Counted from the first letter of the stretch, positions 35,863-45,965 are shown. The stretch: 50,307 bases of DNA from a virus (IMGVR_UViG_3300038309_000012:1-50307), one strand, 5' to 3'. Notes: generated by a model not told the origin, from the letters alone. Numbers and translations: made by a program.

Positions 35863-37167
35863 TTAGCTAAGTGTGTTGTTCAGGCCAACACCATTAAGCA
35901 GTGCACATTTCTGCGCAAGGCCGAACTCAAGACCAGCTTCAGTGAGAAATTCCTCGTTCAAACCATCTACACGTCTCTGACCATAACCAGAAGAATGTTC
36001 CTTCTTGCTGTTCTCCCCATAAAAAGTAGTATCATCAATATAACGATATGTAAGTTCTTTAGGTTCGAGAATCAGCATCATGTTACGAGTAGTAGGATCA
36101 TGGCTAAACAGAGGATGGGTTTTCATATAGATGGAACCAAAAGGAGTCATCCATCTAGTAATTTCCATACCATAGGTTTTCTGCCCAGGCATGAGTTGTA
36201 CCTGACCGCCAGTCATAGCAAGTGCATCAATACCTAGCAGTGCGCCAGAACCTATGAGAGCGAGTTTCTCGTTTGATCCATACCGGAAAATCTGTTCAAG
36301 CATTGCCTTAAACCAGGTTTCTCCACCGCTTGCCCAGGTAGTACCAGAGTAATCAGTATTGAGTGTATAGTCATCACAGTTAGCACTAGCATACTGACGA
36401 ATGAAGTTGATAGCACCCATAGTGGTACGCTCAGGTTTACCATTATCACCTACGTTCTCAGTCCTAATACCCCAGAGAAAAGCGAGTTCCATTTCCCAAG
36501 AATGATTTTCCAGAGCTTCAGCCTTTGCCTTCTGGTAGTCATTAGGAGTACGAAGTCTAGTCTTCATAGCAGTACGAGTCATGCTAAGAGGAGACCTGAA
36601 TATTTGAGTATAGTTGTATACTTTGGTAGGATTCTGTGCAATAGCATCAGGCATCTCACCGCCTTCAGGGTTAATATTACCAATGATCTTGAAGTTATCG
36701 CAGTCACTGAGGTCATGAGTAGTTGAATTATCATCAGCTTCGAGAAGCTTAACAGCTAGTGTAGTATAGGTAGTACCTCTAGTTACATCAGTAACTTTGG
36801 CATTCACATCTACACGGTAATCACTAGCATCACGCAGAAGAATCTGATGACCATTACGAATTCGCTGAGCTACTGAAGTAAGGACCTTAATAAACAGTGT
36901 ATCGCCAGCTACTCCACCAGTTACATAAGCAGTAGAGAGATCAGCATTAGTATAAATACCGTACACATCGCCGCTAACAGCAGTCTGTTCCTGTGTCCAC
37001 CAATTAAACTCAGGGTCATCAGTTGCCTGACCACCCATCATAGAGAGGAGAGCAGTAAGTGGTGCCATACCATTAGGATACAGTTTAAGAATCTGCTGCC
37101 GCCAATTTTTAGGCCGTTGGTCAGTTACCCAATCTCCAGTTCCACGCATTCCAAGAAATCCAGACAT
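35863..37167 (-). CDS. Major capsid protein (HK97 fold, DUF5309/SU10-like)
   Basis: APLTALL, FNWW, NYTQIFR, EMELAFLWG, RTTMG, TPFG.I...HP, EFLTEAGLE; AAGGAGG RBS. Confidence 0.85.
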   Translation of the reverse strand: MSGFLGMRGTGDWVTDQRPKNWRQQILKLYPNGMAPLTALLSMMGGQATDDPEFNWWTQEQTAVSGDVYGIYTNADLSTAYVTGGVAGDTLFIKVLTSVAQRIRNGHQILLRDASDYRVDVNAKVTDVTRGTTYTTLAVKLLEADDNSTTHDLSDCDNFKIIGNINPEGGEMPDAIAQNPTKVYNYTQIFRSPLSMTRTAMKTRLRTPNDYQKAKAEALENHSWEMELAFLWGIRTENVGDNGKPERTTMGAINFIRQYASANCDDYTLNTDYSGTTWASGGETWFKAMLEQIFRYGSNEKLALIGSGALLGIDALAMTGGQVQLMPGQKTYGMEITRWMTPFGSIYMKTHPLFSHDPTTRNMMLILEPKELTYRYIDDTTFYGENSKKEHSSGYGQRRVDGLNEEFLTEAGLEFGLAQKCALLNGVGLNNTLS

Positions 37168-37195
37168 ATTATTACCTCCTTAGGTTATAGTTAAA

Positions 37196-37588
37196 TTAAA
37201 CAGCTACTGTAGTAGGAGCTACAGTTGTAGGTGTAGGTGTAGTACCAGTAAATGTTGTTACTGACTGAGCTACAAACCAAGCTAGGCCATCAGAGAAGCA
37301 AAGCAACTTATCGCATTTACCATTGAGCACTACATCACCTGCCCAACACTCAGAGTCATCTTTGTCCTGGACAGTAATAGTGTTAACTGCATCTGCATTA
37401 CGGCAGACGATGGAATACCATCTTCCACGAGCTTCAGCTACTGGCGGAAGGGTAATTGTAATAGCCCCAGTGTCTCCATCTGCTGAAGGGCGTACTACGT
37501 AATCTCGAGTTGACATTTGATAGTTGGCAATCGGATCTACGAATTTGTCAACTACTTGATGATGTTGTTCGGATCTATTTTCAAGCAT
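37196..37588 (-). CDS. Putative capsid decoration protein with Thr/Pro-rich tail
   Basis: GAITITLPP...SDG.AW beta domain; C-terminus TTFTGTTPTPTTVAPTTVAV. Confidence 0.55.
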   Translation of the reverse strand: MLENRSEQHHQVVDKFVDPIANYQMSTRDYVVRPSADGDTGAITITLPPVAEARGRWYSIVCRNADAVNTITVQDKDDSECWAGDVVLNGKCDKLLCFSDGLAWFVAQSVTTFTGTTPTPTTVAPTTVAV

Positions 37589-37603
37589 TAGATTTACCTC
37601 CGT

Positions 37604-38413
37604 TTAGTTATTAAGAGCATTATCCATTTCAGAAATTTCATTCAGGAACGGATCAACATCTTGTTTTGTTTTAGTCCTAAGCGCACTCTTTTTAGAAGTC
37701 AGCTTTGGAGGACCTGATTGTTTAATAGCTTCTTTTTTAAGGTCTAATCGTTTTCTTACTTCCGGACCAATCTCTTTAAGGATCTCTTGATAAGAACGAT
37801 TAGGATCTTTACCCACAATCTCGTCAAATACTGTACTAACGACTTTCTTAAACGGCACAAGGTCTGGATTATTTTCATAGAAATCCTCGCTAGCCTTTTT
37901 AAGTGAAGTTACAATTTCTATATTGTTTTTTACTATAGAGGGAATGTCCATAAGAATTCCCTGTCTTTCTGTAATTGCCTCCTTTCTTGCTTCTTTTCTA
38001 GCTGCTATATATACTTTGTTTAAGATAGCATTCAAAGCATCTTTGTTCATTGTTAGTTCGTCTAAATCAACTTCGCCAAGAAAATCTTCTATCTTGATAG
38101 GAGCTTCTGTAGAAGGTGTTGTTGTAGAAGGAGCCTTATCTTTTTCCTTCAACATACTTTCAAGTTCAGTAATTTTATCACACAATTTCTGAAATTCAGT
38201 AGGTTCTTCAACAGGAAGTTCAGTAATAGGGACTTCAGTGCTTGGAAGTTCCGTTACTGGGGACTTAGTACTAGGCATATCAGTAGTTGGCGCATCTGTA
38301 ATAGGATCATCTGCTGGCACCTCAGTCATAGGTGCACTAGTAGCCGCAGTAATAAGTTCTTCCATTTCATTAAGTTGATTAATAACATCTTCTTTACTCA
38401 TAGCTAACCTCAT
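37604..38413 (-). CDS. Putative capsid scaffolding protein
   Basis: Acidic Pro/Thr repeat N-terminus, helical body, FYENNPDL; upstream of capsid gene. Confidence 0.65.
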   Translation of the reverse strand: MRLAMSKEDVINQLNEMEELITAATSAPMTEVPADDPITDAPTTDMPSTKSPVTELPSTEVPITELPVEEPTEFQKLCDKITELESMLKEKDKAPSTTTPSTEAPIKIEDFLGEVDLDELTMNKDALNAILNKVYIAARKEARKEAITERQGILMDIPSIVKNNIEIVTSLKKASEDFYENNPDLVPFKKVVSTVFDEIVGKDPNRSYQEILKEIGPEVRKRLDLKKEAIKQSGPPKLTSKKSALRTKTKQDVDPFLNEISEMDNALNN

Positions 38414-38415
38414 TT

Positions 38416-38440
38416 AGTTTGTTTAATTTTTAAACAGTCT
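38416..38440. repeat. 25-bp palindrome copy 16
   Basis: AGTTTGTTTAA TTT TTAAACAGTCT; supplies the stop of 38439..38903. Confidence 0.88.
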
Positions 38441-38903
38441 ATTTTACAGAAATAGTTCTATACAGCTCTTTCCAGTAACCACTTACTGTAGAACCATCTC
38501 CACCTATGTTTACTAAAGCTAGAATATCATCTTGTGCTGCTTCAAAATTATCACCTACAGGTAGCAGATTAAGATAGAACTTACCACTAGCTTTATCATT
38601 ACTATCTGTGAAATTTATATTATCGTCTTGAAAAATAAAAATCTTCACGTCGCCTTCTTGACCACCAGTTATGGATGCTATAGTTATTGCCCCCGCACCT
38701 GTTATTTTTATAGTCTCAAAGGAAGCAGAACTTAAATCAGTGTCTATATCCAATGAAGTAGTGCCTATAGATACAGTCAAATTAGTATGCACCTTAGCAC
38801 TGCCAGCTTCTATTGCGTTAACAGCTTCTCGTGTCTCCCTGATGTAACTCGGTAGTTCACTGACTGTTCTTTGATCAGTCGGTTCGTTAGCGCTTATTGT
38901 CAT
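38439..38903 (-). CDS. Hypothetical structural protein
   Basis: Beta-rich, TIASITGGQEGD...WKELYR; GGAGG RBS. Confidence 0.65.
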   Translation of the reverse strand: MTISANEPTDQRTVSELPSYIRETREAVNAIEAGSAKVHTNLTVSIGTTSLDIDTDLSSASFETIKITGAGAITIASITGGQEGDVKIFIFQDDNINFTDSNDKASGKFYLNLLPVGDNFEAAQDDILALVNIGGDGSTVSGYWKELYRTISVK

Positions 38904-39171
38904 CTTTTTGTTCCTCCAGAATGTTTAAAAATAGATCAGGAAGATTAAGAATAAAATCAACTGACTTAACCCTCCCATGAATATCACCTAGGTGCATTAA
39001 TACAGCAGCTGTAGAAGGATTAGAATCTTGAGCTTCGGATACTATAGCCAGAGGTTCTTCTTTACAAGCAGTTTTCCAAACACCTAATTCCCTAACCATA
39101 TCTTTCCAAAGTAGAGATTCTTTAAAACTTTTAATTTGTTCTCTAGTTGCTCTTACTATTACACCTTCCAT
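38887..39171 (-). CDS. Hypothetical protein downstream of portal
   Basis: GGAGG RBS; typical position. Confidence 0.65.
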   Translation of the reverse strand: MEGVIVRATREQIKSFKESLLWKDMVRELGVWKTACKEEPLAIVSEAQDSNPSTAAVLMHLGDIHGRVKSVDFILNLPDLFLNILEEQKDDNKR

Positions 39172-41121
39172 CTAAACCTCCGATACTGGGATTAAATTTC
39201 CTGCCTGTGCTTGCTGTGACACTTGTTCATCAGGCATTGTTTGTGTCTGTATGTTATTCATATTTCGTTTGAAATCTTCTACATTCTTTGCACCTAATTG
39301 TTGCGCAATATACATGAAGATTCTAGAAATATCAAATTCAGCCATTAGAGGTTCTGAAGAACCTATTACTTTAAATAACTGAATCCAAGCATCTGAGAAA
39401 TTACTTCCGGGTATAGAACCATCCCTAACTATCATATCATAATTTACAGATATTTTATAAGGATCAGCTTTTACTCTTCCAGTAGGGGAGATAGTAGATT
39501 GTAACTGCTGTGCATATCGACCAGTAGCTTTAACCCACTGCGGTTTACTCATGTATTGTTGAGTATGTACAGCGAACATTGTACCTATGTCTTGCGCAAA
39601 CTGCATACCAATGATCATAGCAATTCGTTGTAGACGACTTACAGCTGAACCACGCGTACCTTGGAATTCTGCGCTAGTGAGTCTCTCAGGACCGCCTTGC
39701 CTAATAGCTCCTTGCATAGATTGATCAGCTCCAGAAATACGATCCATCCACTGTGTTATATAAGCACTGTCTGCAATGTTAGCACGAGTTATATCGTTTA
39801 CTTGTAGTTGCTGTACAACCTTATCAACTCCACGGCCCCAAGCAGGACGTCTAAGTCTAATGATTTTCCCAGGTTCTGGATCTTTCAAGTCGTTGATATT
39901 AATTAGATAAGGATCAACAACTAGCATATCATTAACCGCTTTACGTAGATTAGCTACATGATTGTTAAACAAGAAATCTAAAGTATGCTGAAGCCCATAA
40001 AGTATTTCTAATCTACCTATTGGCGTAATAGAATATCCATCAAACTCAGGTGATGCAACAGCAGCTGGATACATACCATGGTTATGATCAGCTTTGTAGG
40101 CTGAAGTAATTATACAATCAGATGATAATTGAAAGAACCATTTTTCAGGATATTCACTACTGCCTAATCCCCATTCTTTAGGAATTAGATTAATATACAT
40201 TTTAATATTGTCTACTGGGTTAGTAATATCTGTCATCTTTCTATGTGTATCAGGATCTGAGCCAAATTTAGTATTACGTTCACTCTGATCCAGTGACAGA
40301 GAAGATCTTTTATTCTTTGCTAGTTTAACATACTTTACATTAAATAGTTCTGAATCAGGCTCACTTTCTTTAGATAACATATTCATCAAATTGTCTCGTT
40401 CTACCCAGCCAAAGAACTCACCTTTTTGCACTTCACTACTTGATACAGAAGGATCGGGCAACCACATGTAAGGATCTATGTTGCTTAAAGCATTTCCTTC
40501 AAATAGTAAGTCGTCTATAAATTCTACCCCAGTTTGAGAAGTTGTACCTAATTCACTCTCATTTGTGTACTGAGTCCTTACAGCTTTTCTACCATACTGT
40601 CTTACCCATTCAGGGATAGCAATGCCTACACCATAGGCCAGTGAATCACGAATAGCAGTATGGAAATTCAAAGCTACTTTATTCTTTATACAGTGTAACC
40701 TAATAACCATCTCTAACAACATAGCACCTATAGTATCATCATCTTCCACACCTTCATATTGAAACATAGGATCTTGAAAGAATGCTAGGGACATATAAGT
40801 AAGTAGTGCCTCTAACATTGAATATGTGTAAGGAAAAACTATACTTACAGGCTTAGACGAATCTTTATTTTTTAATATTTTCTCTTTGTCTTTTAACGGA
40901 ATGTATGCAGTTAGAGTCTTATCTATATTATTCCAGCTATCAAAACGTTTAGATATCTCATTCCTAGACTCTCTAGCCCTCTGCCATATCTTGTTGCGTA
41001 GTTTTTCGTGGAAGTCAGAACCAGGTTTAAGATCTAGGCCATTAGAATACTCGTAATCAAACTTAGCGTTGATATAATCTTGGCCTCTACTTTCTGGTTC
41101 TCCTGTTACTATGTATGGCAT
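39172..41121 (-). CDS. Portal protein
   Basis: 649 aa, DSLAYGVGI, ISGADQSMQG...RLTSAE, Gln-rich C-terminus; between terminase and scaffold. Confidence 0.8.
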   Translation of the reverse strand: MPYIVTGEPESRGQDYINAKFDYEYSNGLDLKPGSDFHEKLRNKIWQRARESRNEISKRFDSWNNIDKTLTAYIPLKDKEKILKNKDSSKPVSIVFPYTYSMLEALLTYMSLAFFQDPMFQYEGVEDDDTIGAMLLEMVIRLHCIKNKVALNFHTAIRDSLAYGVGIAIPEWVRQYGRKAVRTQYTNESELGTTSQTGVEFIDDLLFEGNALSNIDPYMWLPDPSVSSSEVQKGEFFGWVERDNLMNMLSKESEPDSELFNVKYVKLAKNKRSSLSLDQSERNTKFGSDPDTHRKMTDITNPVDNIKMYINLIPKEWGLGSSEYPEKWFFQLSSDCIITSAYKADHNHGMYPAAVASPEFDGYSITPIGRLEILYGLQHTLDFLFNNHVANLRKAVNDMLVVDPYLININDLKDPEPGKIIRLRRPAWGRGVDKVVQQLQVNDITRANIADSAYITQWMDRISGADQSMQGAIRQGGPERLTSAEFQGTRGSAVSRLQRIAMIIGMQFAQDIGTMFAVHTQQYMSKPQWVKATGRYAQQLQSTISPTGRVKADPYKISVNYDMIVRDGSIPGSNFSDAWIQLFKVIGSSEPLMAEFDISRIFMYIAQQLGAKNVEDFKRNMNNIQTQTMPDEQVSQQAQAGNLIPVSEV

Positions 41122-41135
41122 CTTTGTTTTCCTTT

Positions 41136-41160
41136 AGAGTGTTTAATTTTTAAACGGTCT
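41136..41160. repeat. 25-bp palindrome copy 17
   Basis: AGAGTGTTTAA TTT TTAAACGGTCT; supplies the stop of 41159..42001. Confidence 0.88.
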
Positions 41161-42001
41161 AATTAATTAAAGCGGCGTAGTCTATATACAAATTATGTGC
41201 TGCATTGCCAGCTTGTGGATGATAGAAACGCATAATTACTGTACCAGAATTTATATAATTACTTGGTGCTAGGCATATAGGAATATGTATAGTCTGCATT
41301 CCTAATTGATTACCTAACTGACATGAATAGCTATCCCAAGATGCAGTAGAGTTATTATATATAGATACTTCACAACAGTGTGTTGCGCTTCCTACATATT
41401 CAAACCTAGTATATATGGCATTAAATGTAGTAATTCCAGTGAAAGTTACTTCTAAATGGAAACCAGGTGTAGCCGCAGCTTCTTGTATATCATAAGTACC
41501 TCCATCAAGAGGAGTTTGTAAATCTGATACACTATTAGCTGAAGTACCAGCTATTAGAGTTATAGAGTTAGGAGATATAAACTTATATATGAATTGATAT
41601 AGTTCATTACTATCACTAACTAACACTCCACTATTTTGTACTACTTTGCCAGTAGCTCCATCGAATCTAGCTACTTCATTATCAGTAGAAGATGCAGGCC
41701 CTGTTGTTTTATTACCTAATAAAGTATCAATACCTTTTAAATGCGCGCTTAGATCGTCTGCGTCGGCAGCTTCAGCTATTGTAGCGTCTGGAACGTAATT
41801 AGTAGGATTCCAAGTTATATCTAATTGATCACCATCTACTATTAATCCATCAGTTATGTCTTGTAATCTAACTACATCATTCACTGCTGATGGAGCGCCA
41901 GCTTTAATTGGAGCGTCTGTCTCAACAGCAGAATCATAGTCTCCGTCATCATAGACATGAATATCTTCCATTGAGCCTATTCGCAGATATTTATCAGCCA
42001 T
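41159..42001 (-). CDS. Fibre-like structural protein
   Basis: GPASSTDNEVARFDGATGKVVQNSGV fibre motif; C-terminal jelly-roll-like ...LYIDY. Confidence 0.6.
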   Translation of the reverse strand: MADKYLRIGSMEDIHVYDDGDYDSAVETDAPIKAGAPSAVNDVVRLQDITDGLIVDGDQLDITWNPTNYVPDATIAEAADADDLSAHLKGIDTLLGNKTTGPASSTDNEVARFDGATGKVVQNSGVLVSDSNELYQFIYKFISPNSITLIAGTSANSVSDLQTPLDGGTYDIQEAAATPGFHLEVTFTGITTFNAIYTRFEYVGSATHCCEVSIYNNSTASWDSYSCQLGNQLGMQTIHIPICLAPSNYINSGTVIMRFYHPQAGNAAHNLYIDYAALIN

Positions 42002-43728
42002 TAGTTTATTACCTGTACTGTTCCAGTTGTCTGAATAACTCTGACTGTTCCAGTTGTTCCAATAGTTACTATGCCTGAAGTACTCGGGACAGAAGAGCCT
42101 GAGCCATAGGCTATAGCTCCTATATCAACCGGGTCCTGTAATGTTACCCCATAATAGTCGATCGTGAAAAGGCTTGATACAGCCGATAGCGCCGTTCCAG
42201 CCCCATCAGCGGGTGATCCGGATTGAAGTACAACGCTTGCTACTGTTATTGGTGGGGTTGTGGTAAATAATGGGTCGGACTCTACGTCGTTTGAAGTTGT
42301 AGTAAAATCAGTGTGATCCGCGAACGCACCTATTCCATACCATAAGTTATTCGACATTGTTGGGTCCGGAACCGTACCGGCGGACTCAAGTTTTTTGATG
42401 TATTTTGTTGCGTCTCCCGCCGCGTAAAAAATATTATTACTCATAGTAACAGATTCCGGAACATAATTATGACTGTACACAGTTTGAGAATAGAGGTATA
42501 CCAACCCTAATGCTGCGGATGAACCCGCATACACCGTATTGTTGTACAGATATACAGTGCCTGACAGAATTGATATCGTCGAGGACTGATCCCCCGAGTC
42601 CCCAATAATGATATTGTCATAAATATAAAAAGTAGAACCAGTACCCGATTCAAAAACATTTATTGCGCGCTTGTCGTACTGCGAACTCCTGACATCAATA
42701 AAATTATGGTGGACCCTAATGTTTTCCCATACCATATTCAGCGCATAAGCATTATTATTGTTAAAACTTATTTTGCTTCCGAGTCCGTCTGACCCATAAA
42801 TATAGTTCCACCCGATATCTATATTATCGACCCCATAGCCTGGGTAAATAGCATGGTCCTGAGTCCCTGAACCCGCACCTCCAGTAATGCTGTTGCCATA
42901 TATTTTTACATCATCTACCGCCCACGTCCCATCTGCCAGTCCGTCAATACCAATTATCCCTGCTGGGAAATCTCCACCAGTTTGGCCTGTTATAGTATTT
43001 CCGATTATACGAGTGTTAGAGCCTGGGTAAATGCTCGATCCATATGACGCACATGTAAAACCGGCAACAACGATATATCCACCGCCATGGTCGCCACTGT
43101 TATCGTATCTCCGGAAATTATACGATATATTTGAATCAGGAGCGCTAAGCGTTGCGGTTTCTCCTGGGTATGCAACGAAAGCATTTTCATTACCAGAAGC
43201 ACCACTATAAGAGTTTTTTAAACTGAAGTTAGCATGCCAACTGGTATTGGCGTACTCGCCTTCATACGTGCCAGCCCTGAAATAGCATGTCGCTCCATCC
43301 TCACCAGCCGCAAGAAGGGCGCAATAATCGGAGGGATCAAACGGGGACGCAAAAGAACCGTCTCCAGTTCCGGTTGGAGTGCAAAAATAGATATTTCCAG
43401 ATCGCACTGTGAACGGTAGGGCATTTGAAGCATCGCCACCGACTGTAACGATAATGTTACCTGTAGCGGCAAGAGAGCCTAATTGAAACACTATTTTAGT
43501 ATCTGACCACAACGGATAATTGTCAGCAAGTCCACCACCAATTGTTGCCGTAGATGTGGATTGGGTTGATCCAAATCCCTTGCCATACACAGAGACAAAA
43601 ACACCTTTATTGTTTTCTCCGCCTGTTTTTGGTCCAGATGTAAGGTCAGAGTAAAATAATACTGGACCTGCGTATGATGCGGCAGATAATAGCATAACAG
43701 CTATGATACTGACAATTCTTTTTATCAT
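42001..43728 (-). CDS. Signal peptide + IPT/TIG-like + right-handed beta-helix protein
   Basis: MIKRIVSIIAVMLLSAASYA; VSVYGKGFG...WSDTKI; repeated I.GN.I / I..N.I rungs; DPLF...LQSGSPA...DIGA. Confidence 0.7.
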   Translation of the reverse strand: MIKRIVSIIAVMLLSAASYAGPVLFYSDLTSGPKTGGENNKGVFVSVYGKGFGSTQSTSTATIGGGLADNYPLWSDTKIVFQLGSLAATGNIIVTVGGDASNALPFTVRSGNIYFCTPTGTGDGSFASPFDPSDYCALLAAGEDGATCYFRAGTYEGEYANTSWHANFSLKNSYSGASGNENAFVAYPGETATLSAPDSNISYNFRRYDNSGDHGGGYIVVAGFTCASYGSSIYPGSNTRIIGNTITGQTGGDFPAGIIGIDGLADGTWAVDDVKIYGNSITGGAGSGTQDHAIYPGYGVDNIDIGWNYIYGSDGLGSKISFNNNNAYALNMVWENIRVHHNFIDVRSSQYDKRAINVFESGTGSTFYIYDNIIIGDSGDQSSTISILSGTVYLYNNTVYAGSSAALGLVYLYSQTVYSHNYVPESVTMSNNIFYAAGDATKYIKKLESAGTVPDPTMSNNLWYGIGAFADHTDFTTTSNDVESDPLFTTTPPITVASVVLQSGSPADGAGTALSAVSSLFTIDYYGVTLQDPVDIGAIAYGSGSSVPSTSGIVTIGTTGTVRVIQTTGTVQVIN

Positions 43729-45662
43729 GGAGCCACAACCCCCGTATAGAATTTAAGATTTTTAATGTATGATGCTGCCCCAGCTGAAGGCTGGTACGGA
43801 AACAATACATTACCTGATATCGTTCCAGGATCTGCAATTGCTGTCATATCCGCCGCAGATGTGTCGACCGGTGTGTCGTCTATCCACAAATTTATTCTGT
43901 CGGCTGGTGTTGCGTTAGCATAATCAAGAGCGATTCTTGCACTGTGAACCGCTGATGTGGTCGGTGATGTAAATGTTATAGCTGCCGCTGTTCCGTAGTT
44001 TGTCCGAACATAGAGAAGGCCTGTCGTGCCGGTTGAATAGGCGCGAAATTGGACGTCATCCCCACCGCCAGTTTGGTAAAACGAATAATTGTACTGACTG
44101 TTCGAGTCGTTTTGGAACTCGAAGTAAATCGTATATGCAATTTGGCCCATATACGTATCGGAAGTTAACGAAACTGACTGGCCTGTACCATTAGCGCGAG
44201 CGCCTGTTTCGGTATCCGCCATGGTGGTAAATGTAACTGTATCCGCGCCTGAGCCTACATTTGCATCTGCTATACTATCATAAACTTTCGATGTTTCTAC
44301 TGCAGAATCAAGTGCAAATGAATGATCCGGTGTTGTGCCACCTGAATATGTGACATTGTACGTGTCCTCATCAGTATTCCCAGCAAGGTCTGTTGATGTG
44401 ACAACAAGATCTATCGTGCTTGTTGACCCATTAGGATCAACACTTGCAGTGTAAGTATAGTTTGGTGCAGTACCGGATTGACTCATTGCAACATCAGTCA
44501 AACTTAACTCAGTAGATGAGTATGTGACAGTGCTGATGTATTGTTCTGTGACATCAACGTCAAGCGTGATTAATGTTGTCCCATCGTGTGTACTGTCTGT
44601 TCCACCGTCTGCGTTTACAGGGTCTGTGGTATCGGAATCGTCAAGCGTACCAGCTGTTAAGTCAACAGTCCTAACACCATACTCATTCCAGAAAAAGTGA
44701 TAATCGTTTGTTGCGATATAATATCTAGTGCTTGACGCTATCGTAGGATCAGACGCCTGGACAGTAGGAGTCGATCCGGATATAGCAAGAGCATCCGCGT
44801 AAGCCTTAACAGCCGCGCTTGTTGGCAATGCAGTATTTGTGTTTGTTAGCCCCTCTGAGCTTGTTTCAACAGCTGAATCAGCTATATCAGATACTTCAAT
44901 ATCAGATACTACAGGAACTGACCATGAAAATTCACCTGACCCATTATAAGTAGGTACCTGCCCAGACGTGTCAGGAAAAGAATCGAACGCCAGGAAATAC
45001 CGCCACGTATCGGAATTATAGAACCCCATTACGTCGAACGTTCCACCAGTATAGTACGTAAACTGTCCATCTGTAGGAGAACCTGGCAAAGAGGCAGAAG
45101 AAGTCCAAGCTAATGGACCGCTAGTTACACTTGATGCGCTGGTTAAATCTACAGCAGCTGTTGGGGAATAATCTCCACCATTAATAAGTGTCATAAGTGC
45201 TGCTAATGTATTACATCCTAATATATCACTCGAATATAAACCAAGATTAGCAGCATTTTCAAGACTAGCTGGAGAATTAACTACTACTTCATTAGTAAGA
45301 GTTCCATTAGCAGCGCTAACCCAGTATTGTACATCTATTGGAGCTCCACCTCCACCACCCAAAGCGTTGATTTGAGATTGGATATTAGAAGTCACTCCAT
45401 TAAGATATCCAAATTCAGTCTTACTAACAGAACCTACATCGAAAGTTAAATCATTCAAAGTCAGGCTTGTTAAGTCTATTGCGGTATCGTTAATAAAAGC
45501 ATTAGTACAATCACCACTAGTACAAGAACCTACGCTAGTTATATCCCCAGAACCACCGCCAGACGTTCCACCACCTATAGGTCCGCCACCTATTGGAGAA
45601 GCATAAGAGGTGGTGGATATAAGAAGAATAGTAATTAAATAATTTAATAGTCGCATATTCAC
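43725..45662 (-). CDS. Signal peptide + fibre segments + Ig-like + LamG-like protein
   Basis: MRLLNYLITILLISTTSYA; TEFGYLNGVTSNIQSQIN and PTSAAVKAY fibre motifs; TDLAGN; LWIDD..V. Confidence 0.65.
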   Translation of the reverse strand: MNMRLLNYLITILLISTTSYASPIGGGPIGGGTSGGGSGDITSVGSCTSGDCTNAFINDTAIDLTSLTLNDLTFDVGSVSKTEFGYLNGVTSNIQSQINALGGGGGAPIDVQYWVSAANGTLTNEVVVNSPASLENAANLGLYSSDILGCNTLAALMTLINGGDYSPTAAVDLTSASSVTSGPLAWTSSASLPGSPTDGQFTYYTGGTFDVMGFYNSDTWRYFLAFDSFPDTSGQVPTYNGSGEFSWSVPVVSDIEVSDIADSAVETSSEGLTNTNTALPTSAAVKAYADALAISGSTPTVQASDPTIASSTRYYIATNDYHFFWNEYGVRTVDLTAGTLDDSDTTDPVNADGGTDSTHDGTTLITLDVDVTEQYISTVTYSSTELSLTDVAMSQSGTAPNYTYTASVDPNGSTSTIDLVVTSTDLAGNTDEDTYNVTYSGGTTPDHSFALDSAVETSKVYDSIADANVGSGADTVTFTTMADTETGARANGTGQSVSLTSDTYMGQIAYTIYFEFQNDSNSQYNYSFYQTGGGDDVQFRAYSTGTTGLLYVRTNYGTAAAITFTSPTTSAVHSARIALDYANATPADRINLWIDDTPVDTSAADMTAIADPGTISGNVLFPYQPSAGAASYIKNLKFYTGVVAP

Positions 45663-45956
45663 CTACTTATAATAAGTAACATGTACTGTGGCAGTTCCAG
45701 CAGAAGTAATCATACGAAGATTTCTTACAGCTTTCGGATCTTCGAAGTATAAATTCTGCGTCGCATATACCAGATGTCCATCAGTAGCACTAGGATCACC
45801 ACCATCAATACGGTAACGGATATTAGTGGTTTCAATAGTAAGAAGCACAGCCGAGTAGGTATTTCTTTTAGTTTCATCTAATCTCCTAACTGCTGTAGTA
45901 ACAGATATTTTTTCATAGTCGAAAGGAGTTTTGCCTATTACTTTTATTAACCGCAT
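45663..45956 (-). CDS. Small conserved structural protein
   Basis: IRYRIDGGDPSATDGH; GGAGG RBS. Confidence 0.65.
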   Translation of the reverse strand: MRLIKVIGKTPFDYEKISVTTAVRRLDETKRNTYSAVLLTIETTNIRYRIDGGDPSATDGHLVYATQNLYFEDPKAVRNLRMITSAGTATVHVTYYK

Positions 45957-45965
45957 TTAACCTCC

